Of a stretch of DNA of 64,000 nt, positions 35,025-48,669 are shown piece by piece (position 1 is the stretch's first letter; each line of letters starts with the position of its first letter). Where the stretch lies: assembly GCA_964016885.1 (NCBI GenBank), contig OZ024742.1, positions 266,104,001 through 266,168,000 of the forward strand. The letters run 5' to 3'. This stretch comes from Eledone cirrhosa. Lineage: Eukaryota. The translations under genes and the position numbers were made by a program. The notes beneath the pieces were generated by a model that saw nothing but the letters and a program-made list of their open reading frames with translations, did no database searches and was not told the DNA's origin.

Positions 35025-36192
35025 CTTCTAGAATTCTGCGACGCCAATGACATGTCGATATGTAACACAAACTTTAAAAAACCCGACAACCACCTGATCA
35101 CCTATAGATCAGGGGAGCACTCTAGTCAGATAGATTTTATCCTCATCAGAGCACGTCACAGATGGACGGTCGTAAACACAAAAGCCTTCCCTAGTGAGGA
35201 ATGTACATCCCAACATAGCTTAGTTGTCAGCGACCTCACAGTCAGAACTAGACGAACCTGGAAACATAGGCCAACCTGGAGAAGAAAGATCTGGAAGCTG
35301 AAAGACCCCTCAACCAGTAACAGATTTAAAGATATTTTACTCAACGCCTATGACAGTAAAGAAGAACAGATAGGGACATTCAATGTAGAAGAGAACTGGG
35401 AGTTCCTAAAAAAATAACTTACTAGAGGCGACGGATGAGGTCTGTGGCTGGAGTAAGACCTCAAGCAGGAGGAGAGTGACTTGATGGTGGAACAATAAGG
35501 TAGATGAGGCAGTTAAGGCCAAGAGACAGGCATAGAAAGAAATTAGGAATAAGAGGGATCAGATGCTGTTTACTCGAGAGAAGACTACGTTGGTACGGGG
35601 TCATGATGCGCATGAAAGACGACAGCTGTATAAAAAAGTGCAGGGCAATAAAAATAGACGGTAGCCACGGAGTAGGCAGACCCAGAAAAACCTGGGATGA
35701 CTTGCTAAATTCCGACCTCACAAACTTACACCTCTCCAAGACAATGTCACTGGACCGAGATCTTTGGCGATACACAGTAATACAGAAGACTCGCCTTGCC
35801 TAAATACAAAGCGAAACCTACAGTCAGTAGGCACCTCTAACAAAAATACACACCGGCCCCACTACCCCCACCCCATCCACACCACCCCTTCCAATGTAAA
35901 GTTATGTTGGTACCACAGCATCCAGTCTGAAACAAATGAGGCCGTGTAGGTGTCACGACAAAAAAACACAGTCCACGCTGTAATGTAGCCATGTAGGTAA
36001 CACGGTAAAAACCTCCCAGTCCACACTGTAAACGTGGTTGGTGTTAGGAAGGGCATCCAGCCGTAGAAAACCCGCCAGACAGTCCTATACGAGCAAGACA
36101 ACCAATCTTGCCTCAAGTGGGAAAATTCCCGTCCAAACCCATGCTAGCGTGGAGGATGGACGTTAAACGATGATGATGATGATGATGATGAT
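35021..36192 (+). mobile_element. Chimeric RTE: divergent APE/linker segment joined to a family A C-terminus
   Basis: RLLEFCDANDMSICNTNF...WEFLK differs from family A; jumps near 35538 to KLGIRGIRCC... and the 3'UTR. Confidence 0.85.
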
Positions 36193-36233
36193 ATGGTATA
36201 TATATATATATGGTATATATATATATATATGGT

Positions 36234-38811
36234 ATCATCATCATCATCATCATCATCAACGTTTAACGTCCGTGTTCCACGCTTGCATGGGTTTGGACGG
36301 GGGTTTTCCCACTTGAGGCAAGAGTGATTGTCTTGCTCGCATAGGACTGTCTGGCAGGTTTTCTACAGTTGGATGCCCTTCCTAACACCAACCACGTTTA
36401 CAGTGTGGGTCTGGGAGGTTTTTACCGTGTTGCCTACACGGCCACATTACAGCGTGGACTGTGTGTTTTTTTGTCGTGACACCTACACGATCTCATTTGT
36501 TTCGGCCTGGATGGTGTGGCACCAACATAACTTTACGTAGAAGGGGGCGGGGTGTATTTTGTTAGTGATGCCTACTGACTGTAGTAGGTTTTACTATGTA
36601 TTTAGGTAAGGCGGGTCTTCTCTGTTACTGAGTACCGCCAAAGGTCTCGGTCCAGTGACATTGTCTTGGAGAGGTGTAAGTGTGTGAGGTCGGAGTTTAT
36701 CAGCTCGTCCCAGGTTTTTCTAGGTCTGCCTATTCCGTGGCTACCGTCTATCTTTATTGCCCTGCACTTTGTTATACAGCTATCGACTTTCATGCACATC
36801 ACGTGTCCATACCAACGTAGCCTTCTCTCGAGTAAACAACATCTGATCCCTCTTATTTCTAATTTTTTCCTTAGTTCGTTTATGCTTTGCCGTTCACGTA
36901 TATTACTATTACACATCCAGCGGAGCATGCAAGCTTCGTTCCTCTCTAGTCTGCGTATATCCTCTGCACACAATGCCCAGGTCTCACTGCCATGCAACAT
37001 TGCTGTTTGTATGCAGGCATCATACAACCTGCCTTTCATTTTTAGGGAGAACCCTTTAGCAGCCAATAGTGGTATAAGCTCTCTGAACTTTTTCCATCCA
37101 GTTCTGACTCTAGCTACTGTACTTTCAGAGCACCCTCCCCCACTGCTGATTTTGTCACCCAGGTAACGGAAGCTGTCCACTATTTCTATAGAACCCTCTG
37201 CGCAATTGAAAGAGCTAGTATTTTGTGGGCACTTGCTGCTACTTATTGCACCAGAGCACCGGCCACATGTGAAATCTATGTTCTTAGTTAGCTTACCTGT
37301 GATCCCACTACATCTTTTATGCACCCATACTTTGCATTTCTGACCCAAAATGGAGTTTCTACCTACGCCTTTCCTACACACTGAGCATGGCCACTTCCCG
37401 GAAGGGACCGCCGCCTTATTTTCTTTCCTACAAACTAGAACTTTGGTCTTAGCCAGATTAATTTTAAGGCCTTTTGATTCTAGGCCGTGCTTCCATGTTT
37501 GGAATTTCTTCTCTAGCCCGGCCATTGATTCAGCTATGAGTGTTAGGTCGTCTGCGTATAGGACTTCCCATGGGCAGCCGGTCTTGAACTCCTCTGTTAT
37601 AGCCTGAAGGGCAATAATAAATAGTAGGGGGCTAAGAACAGAGCCCTGATGGACACCAACTTTTACGCTAAACTCTTCACTATATTCGTTGTTAATTCTA
37701 ACCTTGCTGACTGTTTCTTTATACATGGCTTGTATAGCTCTCACAAGCCATTCGTCGACACCTAGTTTTCTAAGAGCCCACCAGATAATGGAACGGGGGA
37801 CTCTGTCGAAGGCTTTCTCCAAGTCGACAAAAGCTAAGTATAGGGGTTTACTTTTAGCTAGGTACTTCTCCTGTAGTTGTCGTAGAATGAAAAGAGCGTC
37901 TGTGGTACTTTTGCCTGACACAAACCCGAACTGCATTTCATCTAGGTCAATTCGCTCTCTGATTAGTTGCGCTATTACCTTTTCCGTGACCTTCATGACC
38001 TGGTCGATTAATTTAATGCCTCTATAGTTACTCCTATCTAGGGCATCACCTTTACCCTTATAACAGTTAACGATGATGCTGCTACGCCAGTCCTTCGGAA
38101 CAACCCCATTCTGTACGACTTGGTTAACTATCCGGGTGACCATGGTGTGTCCCACCGTGCCAGATGCCTTCAGCATCTCAGCAACTATTTCCGAAGGCCC
38201 AGCTGCCTTACTCGTCTTCATATCCTTGATTGCCTTACTTATTATACTACCCTCGACTAACACTGCTGGGCCCTCTATTGGGTCGATGTGGGGGAGACTG
38301 TCTTTCTCCCATTTATTCTCCTCATTTAGTAGCCTTTCATAGTGACACTTCCAAGCTACCTTCTTATCAGTGTCGGTGATGGCAAGTACGCCGTCATCAT
38401 TAAGTACATACTTCTCCCCGACAATATCACGGTTTTCCTTGACACATTGCCTAGCAATCCTGAACACCTCACGTTTTTGGTCCTCGCGTTGTAGAACATG
38501 CTTGAACTTTCTTTCCTCTGCTTCCCTTCTTGCGAAGTACACTTTTCTCCTAGCTTCCCTCCTGGCCACTTGATAGTCTTCTCTACTTCCCCCATCCCGC
38601 CATACTTTCCAAGCCTGCTTTTTGGCCTTAATTGACCCCTCCACCTTACTGTTCCACCACCATGTTACTCTCCTCCTGCCTACAGGCCTGCTCCAGCCAC
38701 AGACTTCGTCTGCCGCCATCAGCAGGTTTGCTTTCAGGAATTCCCACTGCTCCTCTATATTGTACGACTCTAATTGCTCTTCCTTACTGTCGAAAGCATC
38801 AAGTAGTATGC

Positions 38812-38814
<3 letters not shown>
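36234..38814 (-). mobile_element. 5'-truncated RTE family A with open 705-aa RT/PHD frame
   Basis: ORF 36602-38719; (ATC)n tail at 36234; 5' end in (TA)n. Confidence 0.95.
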
Positions 38815-38845
<31 letters not shown>

Positions 38846-38848
<3 letters not shown>

Positions 38849-39559
38849 TGAAGGAAGCAGAGGATTTGATGCAGGAAGTTGAGATTGTGTCGATGAGTGT
38901 GGGGCTGAGAATGAATGAGACTAAGACAAAATGTCTGGTAGAGAATGTTGAGAAGCCAGAGGGGATTACTAATGTAGGCGGGAAGCCTCTGGAATTAGTT
39001 GACTTCCTGTATTTGGGAGCAAAGATTGGGAATACGGAAGATGATGTGGTTGAGAGGAAGAGCAAAGCCTGGGCGGCATGCCACAGTTTGAGATCGGTGT
39101 GGAAGTCGGACCTTCGTGAAGACCTGAAGATCCGCCTCTTCATTGCTGTAGTAGAGTCTGTGCTGCTGTACGGGTCTGAGACTTGGACACTGACCAAGAA
39201 ACTCACTCAGATGGTGGATGGGTGCTACGCGAGAATGCCTCTGAACATTAATCAGTATACACTGAGGATGAACAACTCAGAGCTGTACGGGAGCCTCCCA
39301 AAAGTCAGCTCAAAAGTGACACAGAGGAGACTGAGGTTAACTGGACATGCTCACCGACATCCAGAGTTGACACTGCACCCAGTGCTCCTGTGGGAGCCCC
39401 TGCATGGACACACTGGAAGAGGAAGACCAAGGTTAACGTATGTTGATGCCCTAAAGACAGACACTGGTCTGTTGGAGATGCAGGACATGGCAGCGATAAT
39501 GAAGAACAGAGACCGCTGGAGAGAACTCGTCCATGGATCTCGGGAATTTTACCCGCCCT

Positions 39560-39561
<2 letters not shown>
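38846..39561 (+). mobile_element. 3' fragment of a distinct RTE-group family without PHD insert
   Basis: GLRMNETKTK...FLYLG...ESVLLYGSETWTL...RRLRLTGH...GRPRLTY; the stop codon abuts (AT)n. Confidence 0.88.
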
Positions 39562-39594
<33 letters not shown>

Positions 39595-39596
<2 letters not shown>

Positions 39597-41150
39597 AGTA
39601 CAACAGATGCCTTCTTAGTGACACAACTACAAGAGAGGTTCTTAGAGATGAATAAGCCACTATAGTTAGCTTTTGTTGACCTAGAGAAGGCCTTTGATAG
39701 AGTACCCCGATCTGTCATCTGGTGGTCCCTAAGAAAACTAGATGTAGAGGAATGGCTTGTGAGGACAGTGCAAGCTATGTACAGGGGTGCTGTCAGTAAA
39801 GTGAAAGTAGGAATGAAGTTTAGTGAGGAATTCCAGATACAAGTAGTACATCAGGGTTCGGTTCTCAGCCCGCTCTTTTTCGTTATAGTCCTCCAAACCA
39901 TAACACAGGAGTTTAAGACTGGGAACTTCTCTATGCTGACGATCTGGTACTTACAGCAGAATCAGTAGAGGAGCTAGAGAAAAATTTCTGGCTATGGAAA
40001 CAGCAGTTGGAATCAAGAGGACTGAGAGTAAACCTAGCTAAGACAAAAGTGTTGATAAGTAAGAAAGAGGACAAAACTCTGATTCCATAAGGGAAATGGC
40101 CATGTTCAATATGTAGGAAAGGAGTTGGCATAAATTCTATAAAATGTACACAATGTAGATCTTGGGTACACAAGAGATGTAGTGGGATAGCAGGCAAACT
40201 AACAGTTAGGGAAAACTACATATGCAGTAGATGTACAGGGAAATTTGACAGTAGAAGTCGCAGTGATAGACACATTTTTCAAATACAGATAGGACCTATA
40301 GAGGTGGTTGATAGCTTCCGGTACCTAAGTGATCAGATTAGTAAGGGAGGAGAGTGCTCCGAGGCTATAGTATCTAGAAAAGGACGAGTTGGAAGAAGTT
40401 TAGGGAGCTGCTTCCTCTGTTGACAAAGAAGAGTTTCTCCCTACGAATGAAAGGCCGGTTATATGATGCCTGTGTGAGATGCGCAATGCTGCATGGTAGT
40501 GAGACATGGGCAGCAACTGTGGAGGATATGCTACGGCTGGAGAGAAATGAAGCAAGCATACTCCATTGGATGTGCAATGTCAATGTGCGTGAACAACCAA
40601 GCATAGACGAGTTGAGAGAGAAAATAAGTTCCGTCTATGGAAACGGAATTTGGAATGAAAGGGTCTGAGGGTAAACTTAGCCAAAATTAAGTGCTAGTGA
40701 CTAGGTAAGAAGATACAACCTGATCCCTGCAGGGAAGTGGCCCTGCTCAATGTAAATCTTGGGTACACAAAAGATGTAGTGGGATAATGGGTAGACTAAC
40801 AGGAAAGGAAGACTTTGTCTGTAGAAGACGCACAGGGGTAATCAAAGGAAAGAACATCAGTGATATAAACCTCTAAGTTACAGGAAGGGTTCATAGAAGT
40901 AGTTGATAGCTTTTACTTGCTAGGTGACTTAATTAGCAGTGGAGGAAGGTAGGTGCTCTGAAAGCATAGTAGTTAGAATAAGGAAAGGATGGAAGATGTT
41001 TAGAGAGCTACTCCCATTGTTGACAAAAAGTTTCTTCCTATGTACAAAAGGATGATTGTATGATGTTTGTGTGCGAAGTGTGGTACTGCATGGTAGTGAA
41101 ATATGGGCAGTTACTGTGGAAGACGTGTAGAGAGAAATGAAGCAACCATG
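39595..41150 (+). mobile_element. Two tandem degraded RTE family C fragments
   Basis: FVDLEKAFD, HQGSVLSP, YADD, CSICRKGVG...HKRC...CSRC with stops and frameshifts; second fragment restarts near 40631. Confidence 0.85.
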
Positions 41151-41502
41151 TTCACAGCCAGATGACCTTCCTAACACTAACCTCTTTAGTCACTTCTTAC
41201 AACAGAGAGGGATATGGTGAACCTATACTAAGCTGGCTATACATCGACATATAACTATGACTGTCAATTGCCTTATCTCAAGCGTAAACAAATTCAAGCA
41301 AATGCAGTCAATAAAACTACATTCAACTACACCCACCAGACACACACTACAGAAAACAAAGTAAAACCAATCCCACCCTTCAAAACTATGCCCAAACATT
41401 ACCAGCGTAACAACAATTGACATACACTAATTACTAGTACAAGGATGGGAGGGGGAGAGACGAAAGTCATCAGGCTGAAACTGTTGCATTAAGTGATATG
41501 TG

Positions 41503-41538
<36 letters not shown>

Positions 41539-41585
41539 AAAGGTAAACAGAAATAACAACACAATCGGTACAGTATATGGAAGGT

Positions 41586-41972
41586 ATCATCATCATCATC
41601 ATTTTACGTCCACTTTTCCCTGCTTGCAAGGGTGGGACGGGAACTGATTCTGGCTTGATTTCTACAGCTGGATGCCCTTCCTAACACCAACCGCATTTAC
41701 AGTGAGTGCTGGGTGCTTTTTTGCCGTGGCGCCTACACGACCACATTACAGTGTAGACTGGGTGCTTTTTTGCCATGGCACCTCCATGACCACTTTGCAG
41801 TGGAATGATAGGGACCCCAGTCCCTATCATCTCATTTCTACAGCTGAGTAAACTGGAGCATTGTGAAATAAAGTGTCTTGCTCAAGGAAACAACACATCA
41901 CCCGGTCTGAGAATTGAACTCACAACCTTTCGATTGCAAGGCCAATGCTCTAACCACTAAGCCATGTGCCTC
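41586..41972 (-). mobile_element. Full-length tRNA-derived SINE with RTE-B-like 3' tail
   Basis: A-box TGGCTTAGTGG, B-box GAGTTCAATTC, CORE-like CCTTGAGCAAGACACTT, then GCACCCAGCACTCACTG...GGAAGGGCATCCAGCTGTAGAAATCAAGCCAGA shared with the RTE-B 3'UTR, and a (GAT)n tail. Confidence 0.88.
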
Positions 41973-42019
41973 AAATGTGAATATATATTAGGTTAACACT
42001 TGATATAGCAGGAAGAGGG

Positions 42020-42055
42020 TCTTAACGTTTCGGACGCTAGTCCTTCATCAGAAGA
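42020..42055 (-). ncRNA. Minimal hammerhead motif in a Penelope-like remnant (about 42000-42420)
   Basis: Minus strand TCTT-CTGATGA-AGGACTAGCGTCC-GAAACGTT-AAGA; palindromic AACGTT stem III. Confidence 0.6.
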
Positions 42056-42440
42056 AAGAATGAGAAATAAAATAGATTGAGGAGACGGGCGGGTTGGAAT
42101 TGGAAAAAAATGTCTTTAGATAAAAATAACAGGTCCATTCATGTTGACATCACTTGCAAAACTGTTATAGGGGGGAGAGGTTGGAGAAAGCACTTGAAAG
42201 TAGAAAGTAGAATGGAGCTGGCAGAGAAAAGATTTGAGATTAGGCATATTGAAGGTACTAGGGTGGGAGTGAAAAATAGACAGCTGAGAAGAATGTAGTA
42301 GAGGAAAAGTGGTAGAGAGTCGTGGAATATTTAAATGCAAGAAGCAAAGAAAATTTCAAAGATCCGAAAGATTTCCTGGTGGAAGTTCAGGTGCACTCCG
42401 GGTTGATATCCAGTTTCGAGATATATATATATATATATAC

Positions 42441-43150
42441 GTTATTCCGGGTTGAATCGGAGGTAACCACAGTAAGTAAGGTACTCAATACATAGAGTAT
42501 AAAAGTTTTAATATAGATGAGATTCTACAGGACTAGAACTGTTTCATTCATTAGAAATCATCAGGAATCTGGGTATCAAAAAATAAATATGGTATTTATA
42601 GGTCTCTACAAGTGGTAGGAGAGGGTGGGGAGTGGGATGGGTGCAGGTCATTGGTTGATAGAAAAGGGAATTCATTAAAAGCTAATTCTAGAAAGCTATA
42701 GTTTATTTTTATTTATTTATGTTTTTAGAGTAACAAGGGCAGACAGAATTCTATAAACAGGTTCCGGATGGCATACCATTCCTTGTCAATAAGTTTCTCT
42801 TAAGCTAACAGATGTCTATAAAATCAGTGGGGGGTCAGTCATGGTCGATAGAATTAAAGAAAAGGGAGATTCTTTAAAAGCTAATATCATTAAGGTTCTA
42901 CTAAGTGACAAAGGTCTAGAGAATTCTGCAGACAGATTCAAAATACTGAGTGCATATCTTACTATTATCTTCGAACTTCTCTTAAACTAATCAACTATAT
43001 GCCAAAAATCAACAGACACATTCACAAAAAAACAAAAAAAACACATACTCACTCACACACTTACGCGCAACCATAAACACACACACAAACACATATACAC
43101 ACATAAAAACACACACACATATATAAAAATATATTCATGTACACACACAT
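42441..43150 (-). mobile_element. 3'UTR/pLTR half of a split Penelope-like element
   Basis: 42504-42734 is the reverse complement of 49437-49663; contains a hammerhead. Confidence 0.7.
42520..42570 (-). ncRNA. Type I hammerhead ribozyme
   Basis: Minus strand AGATTC-CTGATGA-TTTCTAATGAAT-GAAACAG-TTCTAGTC-CTGTA-GAATCT; short stem II with a non-canonical closing pair. Confidence 0.7.
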
Positions 43151-43174
43151 ACACACATACATACATACATACAT

Positions 43175-43668
43175 GGTGGCTGCCAACTCGTTTTCGAGTA
43201 CGGCCACTACTTTATATCCATGTAGGAGAACCCCTACTGATGCGCTGAACGAGTGTGACTTTTTAGTCCAGCCAGCGACTTGAAAGCTCTGGTACAAACA
43301 CTACACTTGTGACAATTATTGACACATAGTGCTGGGCCCATGGTACCATGTGACGACAAGTGCAGAGAGATCTCCAGATATAAAGCAATGCCTGTGCCGT
43401 GAAACCTTTATAGTGAGCAAAGGCACTGCACAAAGCCAGTCCCACTCTCTTAACCAAGATGATATTTACCAAAAAGAAGAACAAGTCAACATCATTGGAT
43501 ACCATCAGGGTTGCAGGTGTTATATCAGAGTTTTCCTTCTCCTAGAATTCTGCCTTGACAAAGGCTAAGGGGTCATCTCTCCCGGTGATTTTGGATGGCC
43601 ATTGACTCTTAAGAGCTCCTTTGCCTTTTGACAGGTTTTGTTTTTAGTCCTGCAGGATGTCCAAAGTC
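43175..43668 (+). mobile_element. Unclassified ~500-bp insertion bounded by (CATA)n on both sides
   Basis: Complex sequence between two (CATA)n runs; probably a retroposon 3' end; no clear protein motif. Confidence 0.4.
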
Positions 43669-43670
43669 CA

Positions 43671-43704
<34 letters not shown>

Positions 43705-43935
43705 CATAAATAAGTATATACACATATATACACACACACATATATATATACACATACACACACACATACACATACATACACGCACACACAAAAAAATATA
43801 CACAAATAAATACACTCACACGCATACATACAAACACAAATATACATGTGTATACATATACACACAAATACATATAGACATATATACATACACATACACA
43901 GACACATATATACATACACATACACAGCCACATAT

Positions 43936-44000
<65 letters not shown>

Positions 44001-44069
44001 CACACATACACAAATACATACATACACATATATATATACACACACACACATACGCATACACATACATAC

Positions 44070-44142
<73 letters not shown>

Positions 44143-44144
44143 TG

Positions 44145-44177
<33 letters not shown>

Positions 44178-44382
44178 TATATAAAAAAAACCCATACACA
44201 CACATATATATACATATACACACACATACACACAAACACACACACACATATATATACACATATACATCATCATCATCATCATCACCGTTTTACGTCCGTT
44301 CTTCCACGCTAGCATGGGTTAGACGGGAATATATATATATATACACATTCATATATATAACCACATACATATATACATACAT

Positions 44383-44425
<43 letters not shown>

Positions 44426-44537
44426 TACACACCTATATATACACATATATAAGGAAAAAGCACCATACATACATATATATATATATATATATACACATAT
44501 ATATATATACATATATACACATATACACACACACACA

Positions 44538-44585
<48 letters not shown>

Positions 44586-44786
44586 TATACACACATATAT
44601 ATATATATACATATATACATACATATATACACACACCCACACATATACATATATATATATATATACACACATACATACACACACATACACATATATATAT
44701 GTATATATATATATATATATACATACACACAAATATATACAAATATATAAAAATATACACACATATATACATACATACACACACAC

Positions 44787-44829
<43 letters not shown>

Positions 44830-45308
44830 TACATATATATACACACACATACATACACACATATATATATATATATATACACATACAAACACACATACAG
44901 ACATACATATACACATACATACATATAAACATATATATACACACATATACACGCATGTACATACATATATACATATACATACATATATATATATATACAC
45001 ATATATATATACACATATATACACATATACATATTATATATACAGATATACACACACATACACACATATATACACATACATACATACACATATATATATA
45101 TATATATATATATATCTATATATATATATATATATATATACAGATATATACATATACATATATATATATATACATACAAATACACACACATATATATACA
45201 CGCACACACATATATATATACACACACATATATATACACATACACACACACACACACACATACACATGCATATGTATAAATATCTATACACACACATATA
45301 CACACATA

Positions 45309-45348
<40 letters not shown>

Positions 45349-45417
45349 CACACATACACAAATACATACATACACATATATATATACACACACACACATA
45401 CGCATACACATACATAC

Positions 45418-45494
<77 letters not shown>

Positions 45495-45560
45495 TGCACA
45501 CACACACATATATATATATATATATAAAAAAAACCCATACACACACATATATATACATAT
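43669..45560. repeat. Mixed (TA)n/(CA)n/(CATA)n microsatellite field containing a 63-bp RTE-B 3' end (44265-44327, minus)
   Basis: Low-complexity purine-pyrimidine alternation; a similar field lies at 47866-48660. Confidence 0.9.
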
Positions 45561-45587
45561 ACATTACATAGAGGGTACATTACATAG

Positions 45588-47861
45588 AGACCAAGAGGGA
45601 AGCTAGGCGACAAGTATACTTAGCTAGGAGGGAAGCAGAGGATAGAAAATTCAAGCATGTTTTACAACGTGAGGACCAGAAACAGGAGGTATTCAAGATT
45701 GCGAGGCAGTGTGTCAGAGATAGTTGTGATGTCATTGGAGAGAAGTGTATCCGGAATGATAAAGGTGAGCTTGCCCTCACAAGTGCTGAGAAGAAAGATG
45801 CATGGAAGAGTCATTATGATAGATTACTAAATGAGGAGAATGCATGGGAAGAAGAGACCCTACCCCACGTAGACCCTATAGAGGGACCAGCAGTACAAGT
45901 CAGCGGCAGCGTAGTAAGTAAGGCAATCAGAGATATGAAGATAGGGAAGGCAACCGGTCCATCGGGTATAGCTGCCGAGATGCTGAAGGCATCTGGGTCT
46001 GTAGGTCACACTATAACCACACGTATCGTTAACCAGGTAATACTAGAGGGGGCCATACCAAAAGATTGGTGCAGTAGCATCATTGTCAACTGCTACAAAG
46101 GTAAAGGCGATGCACTAGATAGAGGAAACTATAGAGGTATAAAGTTGATGGACCAGGTCATGAAAGTAACAGAAAGAGTTATAGCACAGCTGATTAGGGA
46201 CCGGGTGAATATAGACGAGATGCAATTTGGGTTTGTACCAGGGAAAGGCACCACTGATGCCCTCTTCCTTGTGAGGCAATTACAGGAAAAGTACCTAGCT
46301 AAAAGTAAGCCACTCTACTTGGCATTTGTCGACCTTGAGAAAGCCTTTGACAGAGTTCCACGTGCAGTAATCTGGTGGGCTCTTAGAAAACTAGGAGTAG
46401 ATGAATGGCTTGTGAAAGCGGTACAAGCCATGTATAGGGGAGCAGTCAGCAAAGTTAGGATTGGCAATGAATATAGCGAGGAATTTAGCGTACAGGTTGG
46501 GGTCCACCAGGGCTCTGTTCTTAGCCCTCTCCTGTTCATCATAGTCCTGCAGGCAATAACGGAGGAGTTTAAGACCGGATGCCCATGGGAACTCCTGTAT
46601 GCTGATGACCTCGCACTCATAGCTGAATCTATGGTAGAACTAGAGAATAAATTCCAAACCTGGAAGCAGGGACTAGAGAGAAAGGGCCTCAAAGTCAACA
46701 TGACAAAGACTAAGGTCCTTGTAAGTAGACGAGAAAACAGAACCCAGATCCCCTCAGGGAAATGGCCTTGCTCAGTATGTAGGAAAGGTGTAGGTAGAAA
46801 CTCCATTCTCTGCCCCAAATGCAAACAATGGGTACACAAGAGATGTAGCGGGATCTCAGGAAGCTTAATTAAGAATGTAGGATTCACATGCAGCAGCTGT
46901 GCTGAAACAGCAAGCAAACAGCCACAGGAAACAAGTACCACCAATCTCTGGGAGGGCCCTGTAGAAACAGTAGACAGCTTCTGCTACCTAGGTGACCGAA
47001 TTAGCAACGGAGGTGGGTGCTCAGAAAGTACAATAACTAGGGTAAGAACGGGATGGAAGAAGTTTAGGGAACTACTACCACTGCTAGCTGCAAAAGGCTT
47101 CTCCCTCAGAATGAAAGGCAGACTGTATGATGCGTGTATCCGAACAGCAATGTTGCATGGTAGTGAGACCTGGGCGCTGAAGGTGGAAGACTTACGTAGA
47201 TTAGAGAGAAACGAAGCCTGCATGCTCCGATGGATGTGTAACAGTAATATACGTGAACGACAAAGCATAAAGGAATTGAGAGAGAGACTGAGCATAAGAG
47301 GAATCAAATGCTGTGTGCAGGAGAGGCGGTTACGCTGGTATGGACATGTGATGCGTATGAAGGATGACAGCTGCATAAAAAGGTGCAGAGCACTAGAAGT
47401 TGATGGAAACCGCGGAGTGGGGAGACCCAAGATGACTTGGGATGAGGTGATAAAAGCCGACCTTACCCAACTACACCTCTCAAAGTCAATGACACACGAC
47501 CGTGACTTCTGGCGTCACGCAGTAATACAGGGTACCCGACCTCCCATGGGTACATGCTGAAGCATATAAACAATATGCCCCCCCCCCCTCCACCGCAAGG
47601 TGGCCGTGGAGGTGCCACGGCAAAAAAGCACCCAGCCCACACTGTAAAGTGGACGTGTAGGCGCCACGAAAAAGCACCCAGCACTCACTGTAAATGAGGT
47701 TGGTGTTAGGAAGGGCATCCAGCTGTAGAAATCAAGCCAGATCAGTTCCTGTATGAGCAAGGCATGGTCAGCCGACCAGACACTGCCCACAACAGGACAA
47801 CCCGTCTAACCCATGCTAGCGTGGAAGAACGGACGTAAAACGGTGATGATGATGATGATGA

Positions 47862-47865
<4 letters not shown>
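45588..47865 (+). mobile_element. 5'-truncated RTE family B with open RT+PHD frame
   Basis: ORF 45935-47560 (frame also looks open upstream); FVDLEKAFD, YADD, CSVC...CSSC; (GAT)n tail. Confidence 0.95.
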
Positions 47866-47897
<32 letters not shown>

Positions 47898-47986
47898 ATA
47901 CATATACAAACATACACGTGCATACACAGACCTATACATAAATATACACATATATATACAGACATATAACGCATATATACACACAC

Positions 47987-48043
<57 letters not shown>

Positions 48044-48168
48044 CACGCGCATACACACATGCACACACACACACACAAATATATATACACACTCTCTCTC
48101 TCACGCACATATATATATATATACATATATATACATATATATATATATATACACATATATACGCACAT

Positions 48169-48257
<89 letters not shown>

Positions 48258-48266
48258 CAAACACAG

Positions 48267-48335
<69 letters not shown>

Positions 48336-48364
48336 CATACATATACATACACATACATATACAT

Positions 48365-48403
<39 letters not shown>

Positions 48404-48578
48404 CACATACATACACACACACATACATACAAAAACATACATACATACATACATACACACATACATACATACATACATACACATATATACACATATATAT
48501 ATATATATACATATATATACACATATATACATACATATACATACATAAATATACACACATAAAACACATATACACACA

Positions 48579-48624
<46 letters not shown>

Positions 48625-48669
48625 TACATATACACACATACAAACAAATATATACACATACAAATAAAT

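Noticed and set aside
41900-41972. tRNA gene (also the heads of the (ATT)n SINEs)
   Set aside because: A and B boxes are present but continue into SINE body and tail; no complete cloverleaf.
24363-47430. Recurrent ORFs antisense to RTE ORFs (MERCKCVRSEF..., MSCSHRTVWQ..., MGLPTPRFP...)
   Set aside because: They recur only because the elements are repeated; shadow frames with no independent motif.
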